64,000 bases of DNA from Octopus bimaculoides (lineage: Eukaryota), in contig NC_069003.1 in the NCBI RefSeq assembly GCF_001194135.2, forward strand, positions 36,489,718-36,553,717. Direction: 5' to 3'. The notes beneath the pieces are model-generated. The model ran no database searches and was not told the origin of the DNA. It saw nothing but the letters and a program-made list of their open reading frames with translations. A program made the translations under genes and the position numbers. Positions 23,890-36,000 of this stretch are shown here, in pieces; positions within the stretch are counted from its first letter, which is position 1; each line of letters opens with the position of its first letter.

Positions 23890-26800
23890 CTATAAAACAG
23901 AGCAAGGTTTCATTACATACACAGCAATGCATCAGAATTAAGTGATGTGGTTAATTAGAATGATAAATAAAACTTACTTAAGTTTCTTTCCAGTCTTGGC
24001 CTGTGTACCACCATTCCACATATATTTTGGGGTGTCATAAAAGAAAAATATGTCTAATTTGATGTCCCCTGCAGCAAATGATAACTCAAAGCTATCAGAT
24101 ACCTAAAAATAAAGAAAACTCATTGATTAGTCAATATTATTAATTAATATTGATTAGTCAATATTAATATTGATTAGTCAATATTATTAAAAATAAACAG
24201 CATTTCCATAATATTTTGGTAGTATGAATAGAAGAAGTCTGTTCATACTTACTTTACCAAACATGAGTTTGAGAACAAAACCATTTTCTTGGAATGTTGG
24301 AATCAACTGTGGATTGTAATCCTTTATCCAAATGCCAATGTCTACATCTTTACTATGAGGAATTATACCACATTGTCGGAACCAACCTGAAAGACAAGTG
24401 AAATAAAGTTCAAGAAACCAAGAACTGTTTAAATGGTAAAGAAAGATCAGTGACTAAAACAAACACCCGAATCCTGACAATTTATGTGCTTTTAATGAGA
24501 TTTAACATTTATTCTTAAACAAAAGTTTGGATTCAGGGTATTTCAATATTTGTGTGAATTGTGGAAATGATTTTAATCACCAGGCAATTTTGGTAATGAG
24601 AATAGTTTGATGAAAATGCAAAAGAAAATGGTTTACCCAAACATGTTCCACTACTGAGCCAAAATCTGATTTCCAAACTGTCTAAAAGATGTTTGGTTTT
24701 AGCTAACACCTGACGAGCTTTCCTCTGGAACTTTTGGCTTGCTTCTGAGTTGTCTAATCCATACATAGCCACAAATTTCCTGGCACGTGTGCTATTGCAT
24801 TCAATAAATCTCGAATGAAGAATTTGTTTTAAGAATTGTTCAGGAGGCTGAGGAACGTAGACAGTCATATTGTCAACCTGGGCTTCATCCAATTCAAACC
24901 TGAAACAAACCAAGAAATGTTCAAACTGATTCCATGAGAATTTGCAGACATTTTGTGCACAGGACAAACTATTCTATAACAATTAAACAATGTTATACTG
25001 CATAAGTCAACTGTTTATAAGGACAGAGTACAGTTGATTCAGTCAACCCAAATATATCACTGGTATTTATTTTATGGCAGTAGCAGATAAGAATGGCATT
25101 ATTAGCCCTGATAAGATTGGAAATAACATAATATTGAAACAAATTTATTCAAGCATTCAACTATTTGTACAAAGTTGTTTGTTTTCACTAATGTTGAAAT
25201 GATGTTGATAAAGAAACTGTGACTCACTTTTCATATGCTCCAGCATGAACCCCATAAACGATGTCACCATGAGCTTTTGATGGCAGCACACTGTTGAGTC
25301 TTGAAAGAGGATTAATTGCTCCATGCCAGAAGTAACTACCAAGCCGAATGTGGAACATAACAACTTGAATAACAGTGTGGCGTTCGGTGTTCCGTGGATA
25401 CAAAAAGAAATGAGTTGGGATGGTGTCATGACGGAAACGTGGATCTGCTTGTTTAATACTATGGATGAAGAAATCACTTATTAACATTTGAGTAATACCC
25501 TGGGGGAAAAAAGGGGAAGAAGGAAAAAAATAATTAAATAACATCCAAACCAATTTTGAAATTAAACATTAATATTACATTTACTGGTAGAAACTGAATA
25601 AAGTTGGTGTGGTGGGGAGAGAGGAGTTTGTATGTCTTTAGTAGTTTGCTTTATAATAAATTAATAAATTCAAGAAATGGGTGAATTTTCTAAATGTAAC
25701 ATTTTTCACACACACACCATGAACAGTAATATCACTGCCATTCACACGGTTTATACAGGCCTTAAAAAACCCACTTTTAAGATAAAACAAGTAGCAAGAA
25801 CTCACTGGCTCAACATTTCATGTAAATAAGAAGAAAAAAAAACACAACAAAACAAAATATATAAATCAGGTCAATTATATATCATTAATCATGCTGAAAC
25901 AGTTACAAACCACAACATCAGAGAACAACCGTTTCCTCCTCCTCCTCCTCCTTCATTAATTGTTGCCAATATTCTGAGAATATACAAATAATTAAATAAA
26001 CTAAAATAGCTCGTTATCAATATTTTATTTTCCCTGAAGATGGTAGGCTGGCAGAATCGTTAGCACACGGGTCAAAATGCTTGCAGATGGCACGAAGATA
26101 AATTCTTATCATATTCTTTTCCTTGCTCACATTCTTCTTATTTTTGTAAACTGATGCTCAAATGTTTTGGAGAGCTTTAGTGAACAGGTAGACTTTCAGC
26201 CATTTCTGTCATCCCCTGCCAATTTTAAATAACAAGAGAAATGAGACGACGGACCACCGAAGGTAGTAATAAGCCATAAATACCTGACTGTCCCAGTACT
26301 TAAAGTTGACTCCAAAAGTAACATGTCGCCGACAGTTCAACTGACAGTTGTAGTTAATAGAAACTGGAGATGCTTTATCGGGACTGAGGCTGCTCAAAAT
26401 ATCGGCATCGAGTAAGAAGACTGGAATTTTCAGCTCAGCACAAACACTAAGAAACACTTTTGCAACATCCTGTGAAATAGAATCTTATTATTAACTGTGG
26501 TTATATAATGTTGACTTCAATACAGTTCTTTAAAATGAAATCTTGATAAACAGCAAGAGTAAACAATAAAAATGGTTTCCTTTCACAAGACACCAATCTG
26601 TTTTTTGCAAAAGAACTATTTAATTAAGTCATTCTTGGTTCATTTCAACGATTTCTATGCAGGACGAAGAAGAAAAAAATCTTGATTTCAGTGACATTTT
26701 AATGTAGACATGTAGAGAAGTAGACTAGATATTGTAAAACAGACATGACTACAATACAGCAGGCTGCAGCATGACTGATGACTATTATAAACACACACAC

Positions 26801-28312
26801 ATTTGTGTCATGCTTGACTTTGTCCTCAAACATTCTCTTGTTATTCCCAGCAGCTTCTCACTTTTGATGCCACCAAAAGAAAACAATTTTATCGTTAAAG
26901 GCATGAAATTGTAAGGATCTTTTGGCTGATAACTGACAAAGAATGAATTTTCCATTTGTTCCTTTGTTAGGTTTCTGCTTACATTTTGGAATTCATAATA
27001 TATGTAAGAATAGTATATGTTAAGTTAATTCTGGATTTATCGTCTTTTACAGTCTGTCTACTTTTTTAGTATTTCTACAGAAGTAGTAAAAGACTGAAAG
27101 GCAAAAAGGGAAGGAATTACAAAGTTGAGATGCTTTTAGGGGAGAAAATAAAATAAGATACAGAATAGATAAGTATAAAGGATAAAAAGAAAAGTTTAAT
27201 AAGAAAACATTTCCAGGATATTACAAGATGAAGGAATTTGATGGGAGATTAAAACAGTTCAGACAAGAAATAGACCATGTTAGAAAGAAATCTGATACAG
27301 CTTTCGTTTATAAGGTGTGTTATGATAACATCATCATTTAATATCTATTTTCCATGCTGGCATGGGTTGGATGGTTTGAGAAGAGCTGGTGAACCAGAGG
27401 ACTGCATCAAACTGCTACGTCTGCTTTGGCATGGTTTCTATGTGCTTCTGGGATTAGCAGTAAATGATTGATGGGTCAGACAAGGTCGTTTTGTGTCTTG
27501 CTTTAATATATTGAGTGAATTATGTGATTAGTATCATCCAATAAAAGATGGGGTTTGTTAGGGTGCTGGAAAAGAGGAACAATGACAAGGGATTTGGAGT
27601 GGGCCAGGAGGTGGGGTGTAAATATATGATTGCGGCATCAAAGAAAATTCAAATCAATTTTAAAGAAAATGGAAGTTAATTTGAAAAACATTAAAAAGAT
27701 TTATGCTAAAAGAAACATTTCCTATAATTTTTTAAAATATTTAATCCTCACCTCTCTTGGAAACTGTGTTTTCTGTACATGATGTTTATCTTCAGATGTA
27801 TAGATCAGGTTTTCAGAATTTACTGAATTCCGGGTATCATCCTACCAATAGCAAACAGACATTTCAAAACTTAACAACAATATTTATTTACAGCAGGGAA
27901 GACATATCAGCCATTCAAAGCCACACAAAGGTTTAACTTCGATTAAATGTTTATTAGTGTTAAAGTTTTTGTTGCACCAACTGCAGTCTGACCACTTATA
28001 CTGCAACGGTTGCAGTGGAACTGTGTCAGTGAGAGAATCACTAAGTAATTGTCAAATATTTTTACAAGAATAGATGTGAACATTTGGATATTTTAGTGGA
28101 TAAATCATTGGACAAATGGTTTGTGTATTTCTCCACATTAGTAACTGGTTTGGATATTGTAAACTTTGAAAACAGTAAATATAAAGACAACTTTATATTT
28201 ATAAAGAGAAAAGACTTACACGTTTCCAAAAGATACGGATGAGAAAAAACTGAAAGAGCAGAAACACTAAACTGAGCCCCACCAAGAGTTTGAAAAGCTG
28301 TGGTTTCTTCAT
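23676..28312 (-). CDS. FKTN: Fukutin (ribitol-5-phosphate transferase, LicD family), complete 458 aa, 8 coding exons
   Basis: Exons 28220-28312, 27752-27841, 26284-26469, 25228-25499, 24637-24899, 24253-24386, 23978-24102, 23676-23889 (1377 nt, all GT-AG, phases consistent). N-terminal signal anchor; [53 protein letters not shown] and NGVWP..EWD.VIQ match human fukutin as I recall it. Confidence 0.96.
23978..24102 (-). CDS. FKTN: FKTN exon
   Basis: [41 protein letters not shown]; phase 0-2. Confidence 0.94.
24122..24190. repeat. Three tandem copies of the self-complementary unit aatattga-ttag-tcaatatt
   Basis: Read directly in the FKTN intron 24103-24252. Confidence 0.85.
24253..24386 (-). 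CDS. FKTN: FKTN exon with catalytic DxD (KDVD)
   Basis: [23 protein letters not shown]...MFGK; phase 1-0. Confidence 0.94.
24637..24899 (-). CDS. FKTN: FKTN exon
   Basis: [10 protein letters not shown]...RFIECN...[10 protein letters not shown]; phase 2-1. Confidence 0.93.
25228..25499 (-). CDS. FKTN: FKTN exon
   Basis: GITQMLIS...[15 protein letters not shown]...GAYEK; phase 0-2. Confidence 0.9.
26284..26469 (-). CDS. FKTN: FKTN exon
   Basis: [21 protein letters not shown]...YWDSQ; phase 0-0. Confidence 0.88.
27752..27841 (-). CDS. FKTN: FKTN stem exon ([30 protein letters not shown])
   Basis: ttggtag| acceptor, GAG|GTGAGG donor; phase 0-0. Confidence 0.75.
28220..28312 (-). CDS. FKTN: FKTN exon: start codon and type II transmembrane anchor
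   Basis: [31 protein letters not shown]; in-frame TAA upstream of the ATG; CGT|GTAAGT donor. Confidence 0.85.
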
Positions 28313-28493
28313 TGATACACATTAACATGGTTGTCACACGACTTCACACATTTACGGTGGCTGCACGGCTGGAAGATTAATTAAACACCAAAAATTATCA
28401 ATGTTATAATAACGTACATTCAAACATGGCAATATCATTGCATAGATTTCAACATATCATCAACATTATCACAAAGATTCAAACCTCTCAATA

Positions 28494-28557
28494 TTATCAC
28501 ATAGATTTACACATATCCACATTATCACATAGATTTACACATATCCACATTATCAGA
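28494..28557. repeat. 28-bp tandem repeat, ~2.3 copies
   Basis: attatcacatagatttacacatatccac repeated. Confidence 0.85.
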
Positions 28558-28639
28558 TAAAAATACATACAAGGAATTATTGAATACTTAATTTCTGTCA
28601 ACAACGAAAGAAAACCCCGTGTAATCGTTTCTAATACGG

Positions 28640-28790
28640 GCACAAGGCCTGAAATTTCATGTGTGAGGAGGGGGCGGGGGAGTTGCGTGAATACATCGAC
28701 CCCCCACCCCACTGTTCAATTGGTACTGATTTTATTGATCTCAAAAAGACGAAAGGCAAAATCAACCAACAGGGTTCTTTGAATAGCAGG
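28640..28790 (-). mobile_element. SINE with MetaSINE-like core
   Basis: ggcacaaggcctgaaattt...ttggtactgattttattgatc...gaaaggcaaaatcaacc. Confidence 0.7.
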
Positions 28791-28892
28791 CCTAATGAAA
28801 AACGATCTTGAATTCTTTTAGTAGTGCAGCTCGCCCGATGATGAGCCATGTGTCAATGTGGTTCGCATCTCGAAAAAAGTTGTCCATGCCTG
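28790..28892 (-). mobile_element. hAT MITE partial copy
   Basis: Reverse complement reads caggcatggacaacttttttcgag...acatggctcatcatc. Confidence 0.65.
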
Positions 28893-30239
28893 TTTCAAAT
28901 AATCCAGTAGATATAGATTCATTGAGACCAAGAGAAAAGAAAAGAAAAAAACAAAAGCTGCTGAAGCTTGTTTACAATAAAACAATGTTAAACAAACTAA
29001 AGATGTTTAAATAGGGAACAGAATCTTGATAGGACAATTACTGTTTACTTTGCCTCTTAGGACTCCACGCCACTAATACAAACCGAAACAAAGAACATTT
29101 CATCGTTTCGGTTTTTTTTTTTCAGCTTTGCATTTTATTTCAGAATTATTTCGGAAACAGTCAAATTATTCAATAATGCGTGAGTTTGTGTAAATAGATT
29201 GAAGTTTTTTTTTTTTTTCATATGATTCGTGAAATTTAATCAGTAAATAATATAAGGGTCAATTTGATAAACGTGAATCTCTACGGAATAATTTTTCATA
29301 CAATGAAAGTTACACAATATTTTCAAGAATTGGAGGCAAAAGCAAATTACCGAATGTACACATTAAAACATAAACAAGAACATAGATGTTCTAGAACAAT
29401 AAAGGGATCTATTGCAGAATATTCAAGTAAAATGCTGTCAGGATGAAAACGGTAAAGTATTTACTTTGTCATTTCGAAGGGGCACTTTGCACCAAATAAT
29501 AATAATAATTATTATTATTATTATGGTAGTTGTCCTCCTTGTCTTCCGCTCCTATTGTGATATTCCATTGTTTCGATATTTATTCCTTTCTATAGAAAGG
29601 AATAAAGCAATCGTTATGATTAGTAGGCTGTCGTTTAAACATCATCAGAAGAAGGTAACCGCCACCACGACAATAAAAACATTGATTCCAACACATAATT
29701 GACGACAAAGCAGATGGAACAGTTGTATAGGAACAGTCTCAGAATCCAGGAATGGTAGTGGGCAGGTGTATATAATGCCGACACAATTGTTGGCACATGT
29801 CAATTGGAAGCAAAATTAATAAATCGCAATGAACTTACCAAAAGAGCAACAGGGGAAAACAACATCGAAGCCCAACATCCAGAGAAAACAGCCATGTTAA
29901 CCAAGGGAGATAACTCTAGGTAACTGAGGGAGATAGACGACTCAACGAGTACGTTAGATTTGCTAGAAAGTGTAACCAGTACCTCTCGAATTACACTTTA
30001 CCCATGTTGAGTCAAATTAAGTCGCACGCTCCACTCCTGGTGGAAAGGCGTATTGGATAATATAAATCAGGGACAAACTACGATAGAAAAACAGATTGGG
30101 TAATCATGGCTCGAATTTCTTTGACTAAATCAGCGCCAAAGCAACAACTATATAATTATCTTACATCTAGCAGATACGCACATGGCGTTAAAACGACTTT
30201 TCCAATGACATATTTTAACGTAATTAATTATGATAGAAG

Positions 30240-30385
30240 CGACGAACTGGCAGAATCGTTATACTACGCTAGGAAAACTGCTTAGCGGCATTTTGTCCGC
30301 TTTACGTTCTGACTTCAAATTCCACAGAAGTTGACTTTGCCTTTCATTCATTAGTGATCGATAAAATAAGTACCAGTTGGAAATG
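30240..30385 (+). mobile_element. SINE with MetaSINE-like core
   Basis: ctggcagaatcgtta...ttcaaattcc...gactttgcctttcat...gataaaataagtaccag. Confidence 0.75.
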
Positions 30386-30466
30386 AGAAAAAATCCCACA
30401 ACATAAAAAATATGTGTAATGCTTATTTGTAATTACTCTTCAATAAAATCTGACAAGCTGCCTCAC

Positions 30467-30502
<36 letters not shown>

Positions 30503-31139
30503 TATATATATATATATACATATATATATCTTCAGAAATTTATTTAAATCCCTGTTTCAACAAAAGACGTATCAGACAAAAAAAAAATTTAATGCTTTTT
30601 GAAATTTTAATTGTCCCTCACCCCGTCATTTTTAAAAACATCTTACAATTTTTTTTTCTTTTAATTTGTTTTACAATTTTGGAAAGAAAATTTTCGTTTC
30701 AAAATTTCGAAATTTTTTAATTGCCTCATCTGCTCCCGTTCTTTCTGTTCTCACAACATTCCATAACTTTTTATACCCAATGCGTGGATACATGCTTAAC
30801 AACAACTAGCAGATGATACTTGGCACCAACTATGAAGGAGGGATGCCCCAATGTGGTTGCTGGACATGCTAGAAACAACGGCCAATCCTACTTCAAACGT
30901 TTTATAAAATGGATACATTGGACAATGTAGTCCAAGATAAACAAAATCATGGGCTAGCTGAACGAAATGCTTTTGATCATAAGACTGTGTTGGTGTCAAG
31001 CAACTTTTTTTACGAGCCATCGTTTAAAAGCTTCACTTTCATGTTTATCATAGTTGCATAATCACAAAAATGAAAGTGAAACTCAAGTTACACCAAAACT
31101 TGCGAACTCTCTACAATTCTCTTCTTTTCTAGTTGTACT

Positions 31140-31710
31140 TTTGCCAGTTCACTTCAAGTCTTACCGTTTCTAACCAGTTCCTGTCATATTTCATTGTGTA
31201 GTTTTAAATCTCAAAAGTTCTTGCTAAGTTTACATCTTTTACTTCTAAAGTCTTGTCAAATATCATATCTTACCATTTCCCATCAAATCTTTTCAAAATT
31301 TTGTAGTAAACAAGTTCCTAAGTTTCACCAGTCTTCATGTAAAATTATGGATTGCCAAATTTCATCCAATAGCAATAATTTTTGCCAGTTCTCTTCAAAT
31401 TTTGTCATTTCCTGTCAAGTTGCACCGATTTTTGTCATGTATTGCCAAATCTTGCTAGTTCTAGCCTGTTATAATTTCATGCACATCTAGAATGCATCAT
31501 AGGAATATAGATGATTCTAGTATTTAACTGATATTTTTCATCACCCCCCCCCCCCAATGAAACAAAATTTCTCTTAAAGTATCTGCAGTGATTGTAAAAT
31601 CTCAACTCAAGTTGTGCCAGTTCTAAGTGATTCTCAAAATTTTGTCAGTGTTTGTAAAATATCTACACTTCTTGTCAAGTCTCATAAAATCTCACCAGTT
31701 CCATCAACTC
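31140..31710. repeat. Degenerate ~10-bp periodic tract
   Basis: Recurrent ttgccagttc / ttgtcaaatt / ctgtcaagtt-like units. Confidence 0.55.
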
Positions 31711-31829
31711 CTGTTGTTCCCAATCAGTAAAGACATAAGCCTTCACCCTTAAATGGTATGCTCTAGAGTTAGCATCTATTTTAGCTAGTCTTTTTCTCTC
31801 TACAAAGATCTAATCCAATCTTTGGAAAT

Positions 31830-32290
31830 ATGTTCTCTTCCGTAGCACCAATTGTTCTCGCTTTCAACACCAGAAAGGTGATCAGCCAGGAACAACACTC
31901 TTCACCAATACCTTGGCTCTCTCTCTCTTGCCTTGTTGAGCATCTGTACAAATTCCAAAGAGCAAACTCTGCCAGGCGGTCCCTGTATTGTCACTTACCA
32001 GTTGTCACACATTCCTGCAAAACCAACATCACTGCACTTCACATATGCAAAGCCTTTGATCATGTCAGACACGAGCATCTCAAATCTAAGCTGCCTGTCT
32101 AGGGGCTCCCAGCCATATCTTTTTTCAAATTGCAGCATTCTCATATTACCTCAACTTTTCCTCCTGTACAATAATGAACTGATTGTTGCCACCCACAACC
32201 TTTGCTCATTGCACACACACAAGATAGAATGATTCATTCCTTTTTAACCCCCTGCACATTGGCATCAATCCACACATGACCTAGAGATAC
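31830..32290 (+). mobile_element. Jockey/CR1-like LINE RT fragment
   Basis: ALHICKAFDHVRHEHLKSKLP corresponds to the RT motif ALDISKAFDRVWHKALLSKLP. Confidence 0.7.
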
Positions 32291-32329
32291 CACATAATCA
32301 CAAACTACCTCCATAAACGTTGTCGTTGT

Positions 32330-32845
32330 CGGATTTATCTCGTATCCGAGTATTTACTTTCTTCTTTGCTGAACGCCTCCTTTATGGTGATGCTGTTGAT
32401 GACCAATTCTTGCACAGAAGAGTTGGCAGCATTGACTGCTGGCAACGTTGGTGAAAGACGAGGTCGATTTTGTCAAGCTTTTCTCTCCTGTCATTTGAGT
32501 TCTTCCTTTTCTCTTTTGGTGGCTTCAAAGTTTTTGGTTCCCATGGTGATGGAACACCACCACTTGGTACAGTCTCAGGCTTGTGTTTCAAATGATTTAG
32601 GCTCAATTCCAGTGGCTTTCAGTTGGTCCTTGTATCTTCCAAGAGGACAACTCTGTGGTCTTTTTCCTGAAGTGAGCTCATTGAATAAGACTTGGTGTGG
32701 GAACCTTGATTCTTCCATTTTTGCCACATGTCCTGACCATTGACGATGGTGTTTCACGATCAGTGACTCAATACTTTGATTGTTGGCTCTGTCCATGTCT
32801 TTGTCACAAAGTGTTCCCATTTGATGTTCAAGATAGAGCAAAGCT
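32330..32845 (-). mobile_element. RTE-clade LINE 3' remnant
   Basis: QWSGHVAKMEESRFPHQVLFNELTSGKRPQSCPLGRYKDQLK is a typical RTE RT C-terminus. Confidence 0.85.
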
Positions 32846-33053
32846 TTTGTTGATCATGTTGAAAACAGCATCAAATATTCCAAAAACATAATTTAAGAAA
32901 AACATGAAAACTGGAGGATAAAAATTCAAATAAAATAAGAAGTAAACACACAAAAACCATTTCTAGATTTATCAAAGAAACTTGTTTAAGAGGATTTTAT
33001 TTGATTTGTAATCAGAAATATAAAAACAGATTTCCAATCTCATATTTTATTTT

Positions 33054-36000
33054 TCATGCTTTTAGGAAAAAAAAAACAAGTCTTTATAAACTCAACAGAT
33101 AAACCAAACACTTAAACTTCAGATGGATTTGACATTTTCCCTTCAGATTTATGAAAACTATCTCCACTATTATTGTAACCAGGAGATGAACCACCTACAA
33201 AAGAAAATAAAGAAAACATTCATTAGAATAAGAGAGAAATCAAAACCAAAACAAGTTTTATTAAAAATTTTTATATCCTCCTCACCTCTTCCACGGCCTC
33301 TTCTGCTTAGTGAACCTCGACTTTGGCTGCGAAATCTTCCAAGGGGTCTTGAGGCTCTTGATCTGAAACCACCCCGCAGGATACTGCCACGTTTGATCCC
33401 CACAGGGGTCTTTAATAAAGCTGGTCGATGAGAAATATGCCCATGATAGCTCTGCCCACTGTCATGGCGAGGACTACCCTCGGATTTAGAGCCAAGCTAT
33501 TAATAATAAATAACAAAATATCACAATGACAAATAAGATTTCAATCACAGCACACACATACGTCATTAGTGAGTGTGAAAAAAACAGCTATCAGTTAATT
33601 CAACACAAGAAAGTATTTCTAGCAATGGGTTTCTTTATATATCTTGTAGAGAGAAGTCCAGTTTAGAGCTAGCTTTGATCCAACCACGACTATGCAGACT
33701 ATTTTAGTACATTATTTACAATGGAGAGAGATAGGTGTCCTCATCTTGTTTGTTGTTATCATCACAATGTTTCGGCTGATGTAGTCTCCAGCCCTCATCA
33801 GGTGTTCTGGTGGAATTTCAAACCCAACCCTTTATTTGACTAATGGGGTACACTGTCCTCATTCCTAAGGTATGTTGCTGAAGTCATTTTTCAAGTCCCT
33901 ACCTGGAACTGACCAAAAGAATAATATCAACAGAAGGATAACATCAGCCGCATACCTTAGGAACGAGAACAGTGTACCCCATTAGTTAAATAAAGGGTTG
34001 GGTTTGATATTCCACCAGAACACCTGATGAAAGCTGGAGAGGACATCAGCCGAAACATTGTGATGATAGCAACAAACAAGGTGAGGACACATATCCATCC
34101 ATTGTAAATAATTCCTCCCCTCAAAAATATAGAATAGACTATTTTAGCATTGTTGGAAATATACTTTTGAAGCAGAATTTATTTATTTGTTTGGTATGTA
34201 GACTCAACAATTAGGTAATTAGTTAACAAAATAAACTCACCTCATGGAAACCCCTGCTTCGATTATTTATGTCATGGCCATCTTTCCAATCTGAATATTT
34301 ATCTGAAGAGACACATTCAATTTAAGAGAATAAAATAAAATCAGAAAGAATTTTGTATAGAGACAAGCACTAAAACAAACGTATATGTAGTGGAGGTGAT
34401 ATGACACTGGTTTACCTCTTATCCCACCATTATTTAACTTTCCAGTCCACACCATTTATTGGTCATCAAAGCAGATATATTGCAAAGGAGATGTTGTATT
34501 AGTTAACAAGAAACTAATTATTAAATGAAATTAGAAAGAAAACTACTCACCAGAATGCTTGGAAAAACTTACAGCAGGATCTGAAGTTTTGGAATATTTT
34601 GAATCTGAAATATTAAGCAAGCTTTTAAGCTATTTTGGGATTTCTTTACCTAATGAACTTCTATAACAATAACTAAGTGGGTTAGTTTTAACAGCAGTAG
34701 ACACTTATTTATCTTACTTTCATTATAAAAGCAAGTTGAAGGGGAAGAAAGAGAATCAATTTGCTTTAAATAGACTTCCATGTCGAATGTAAAAGGCAGG
34801 CTGTTACATCAACAAACTCCAAGATCAGTTTCTCGTAAACAGATAACTACAGTTCTCAAATTTTCTTTTTTTAGTTATCACCTAACATTTTAAAAAATAT
34901 ATTTTCAGTTTATAGTTTTCAAATAAGCAAGTGATAAAATAAGAATTTAAAATAATATTTATGCAACAAAATGTCTCTATTCTATTTTCAATTATTTCAT
35001 TCCCCAGTAAAAACCAGTGTGAAGCTGAAAAAACAAAACATATTTGGCAAAAAATATATTAGAAACTAACAGGATTATCAACCAATGGAACAGTTACATA
35101 AAAGATGAACTATGAAAGCAATGGGTTCTGTTGTACATCGACAACACAGCCAAACTAATGAGAAACGAAACAGTAAGGGGGGTGAATATATCTGACTGCA
35201 AGAAAGAAAGGGCTACGTTCTACCTAAGGAATTCAGTATCCGGTTTATTCTTTCACTGAAGGACATGCTGAGATATTGCCTTTTGGGGTTTAGTCAGTCA
35301 TATGACCTCCAGTACATATTTTATCATCTCTGTTTCTTGAAGCATTAAGTTACAGAACACAAAAGAGGACAATATAAACACCAACATAGAGAGATGGAGA
35401 GATAAGTGGATAAAAATAGGACATACTGAGACATTGATGCTACTTAAACCTTGTCTGTTTAATTAGCACCTGTAATGATGTTTGAGATTGAACCAAAAAC
35501 ATATCATCATCATTTAACGTTCATTCTTCATGCTGGCATGGGTTGGACGATTTGTCCAGAGCTGGCCAGCTGGGGAGCTGTCCAGAGTACAATCATTTTT
35601 TGTGGCATGGTTTCTACTGCTCAATGCCCTTCCTAATGCCAACCATTTAACAGAGTGTGCTGGGTGCTCTTTACGTAGCACTGGCACAGGTGCGAACAGA
35701 ATAAATCAACCTGTTTGTGCTTAGGGACTGACAGTAAAATAGTAGAAACATCACAATAGAAGGGGATTCAATAGCAGTCCTTTCAAATTCATGTTTATGT
35801 AGTCTTATGCTATTAACAGATTATCCAAAGCGAGGATTCTACAGTAGTCAACCACTACTAAGGGAAAACAAACTGAAAGTTACACACAATTGTTTCAAAC
35901 CAAATTTGAAGAGGATTTAATTATAGCACAGGAACAGCCTCATCTGCTGAAGATTTTCTCAAGAAATTTAGAGATTTTCATTACAACTAAAAAATATGTA

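Noticed and set aside
33170-33285. Read-through hydrophobic tail (IFNKTCFGFDFSLILMNVFFIFF) on the RS protein
   Set aside because: It follows a consensus GTGAGG donor and has intron-like T-rich composition; a strong acceptor at 33059 gives a simpler end. Not excluded without RNA data.
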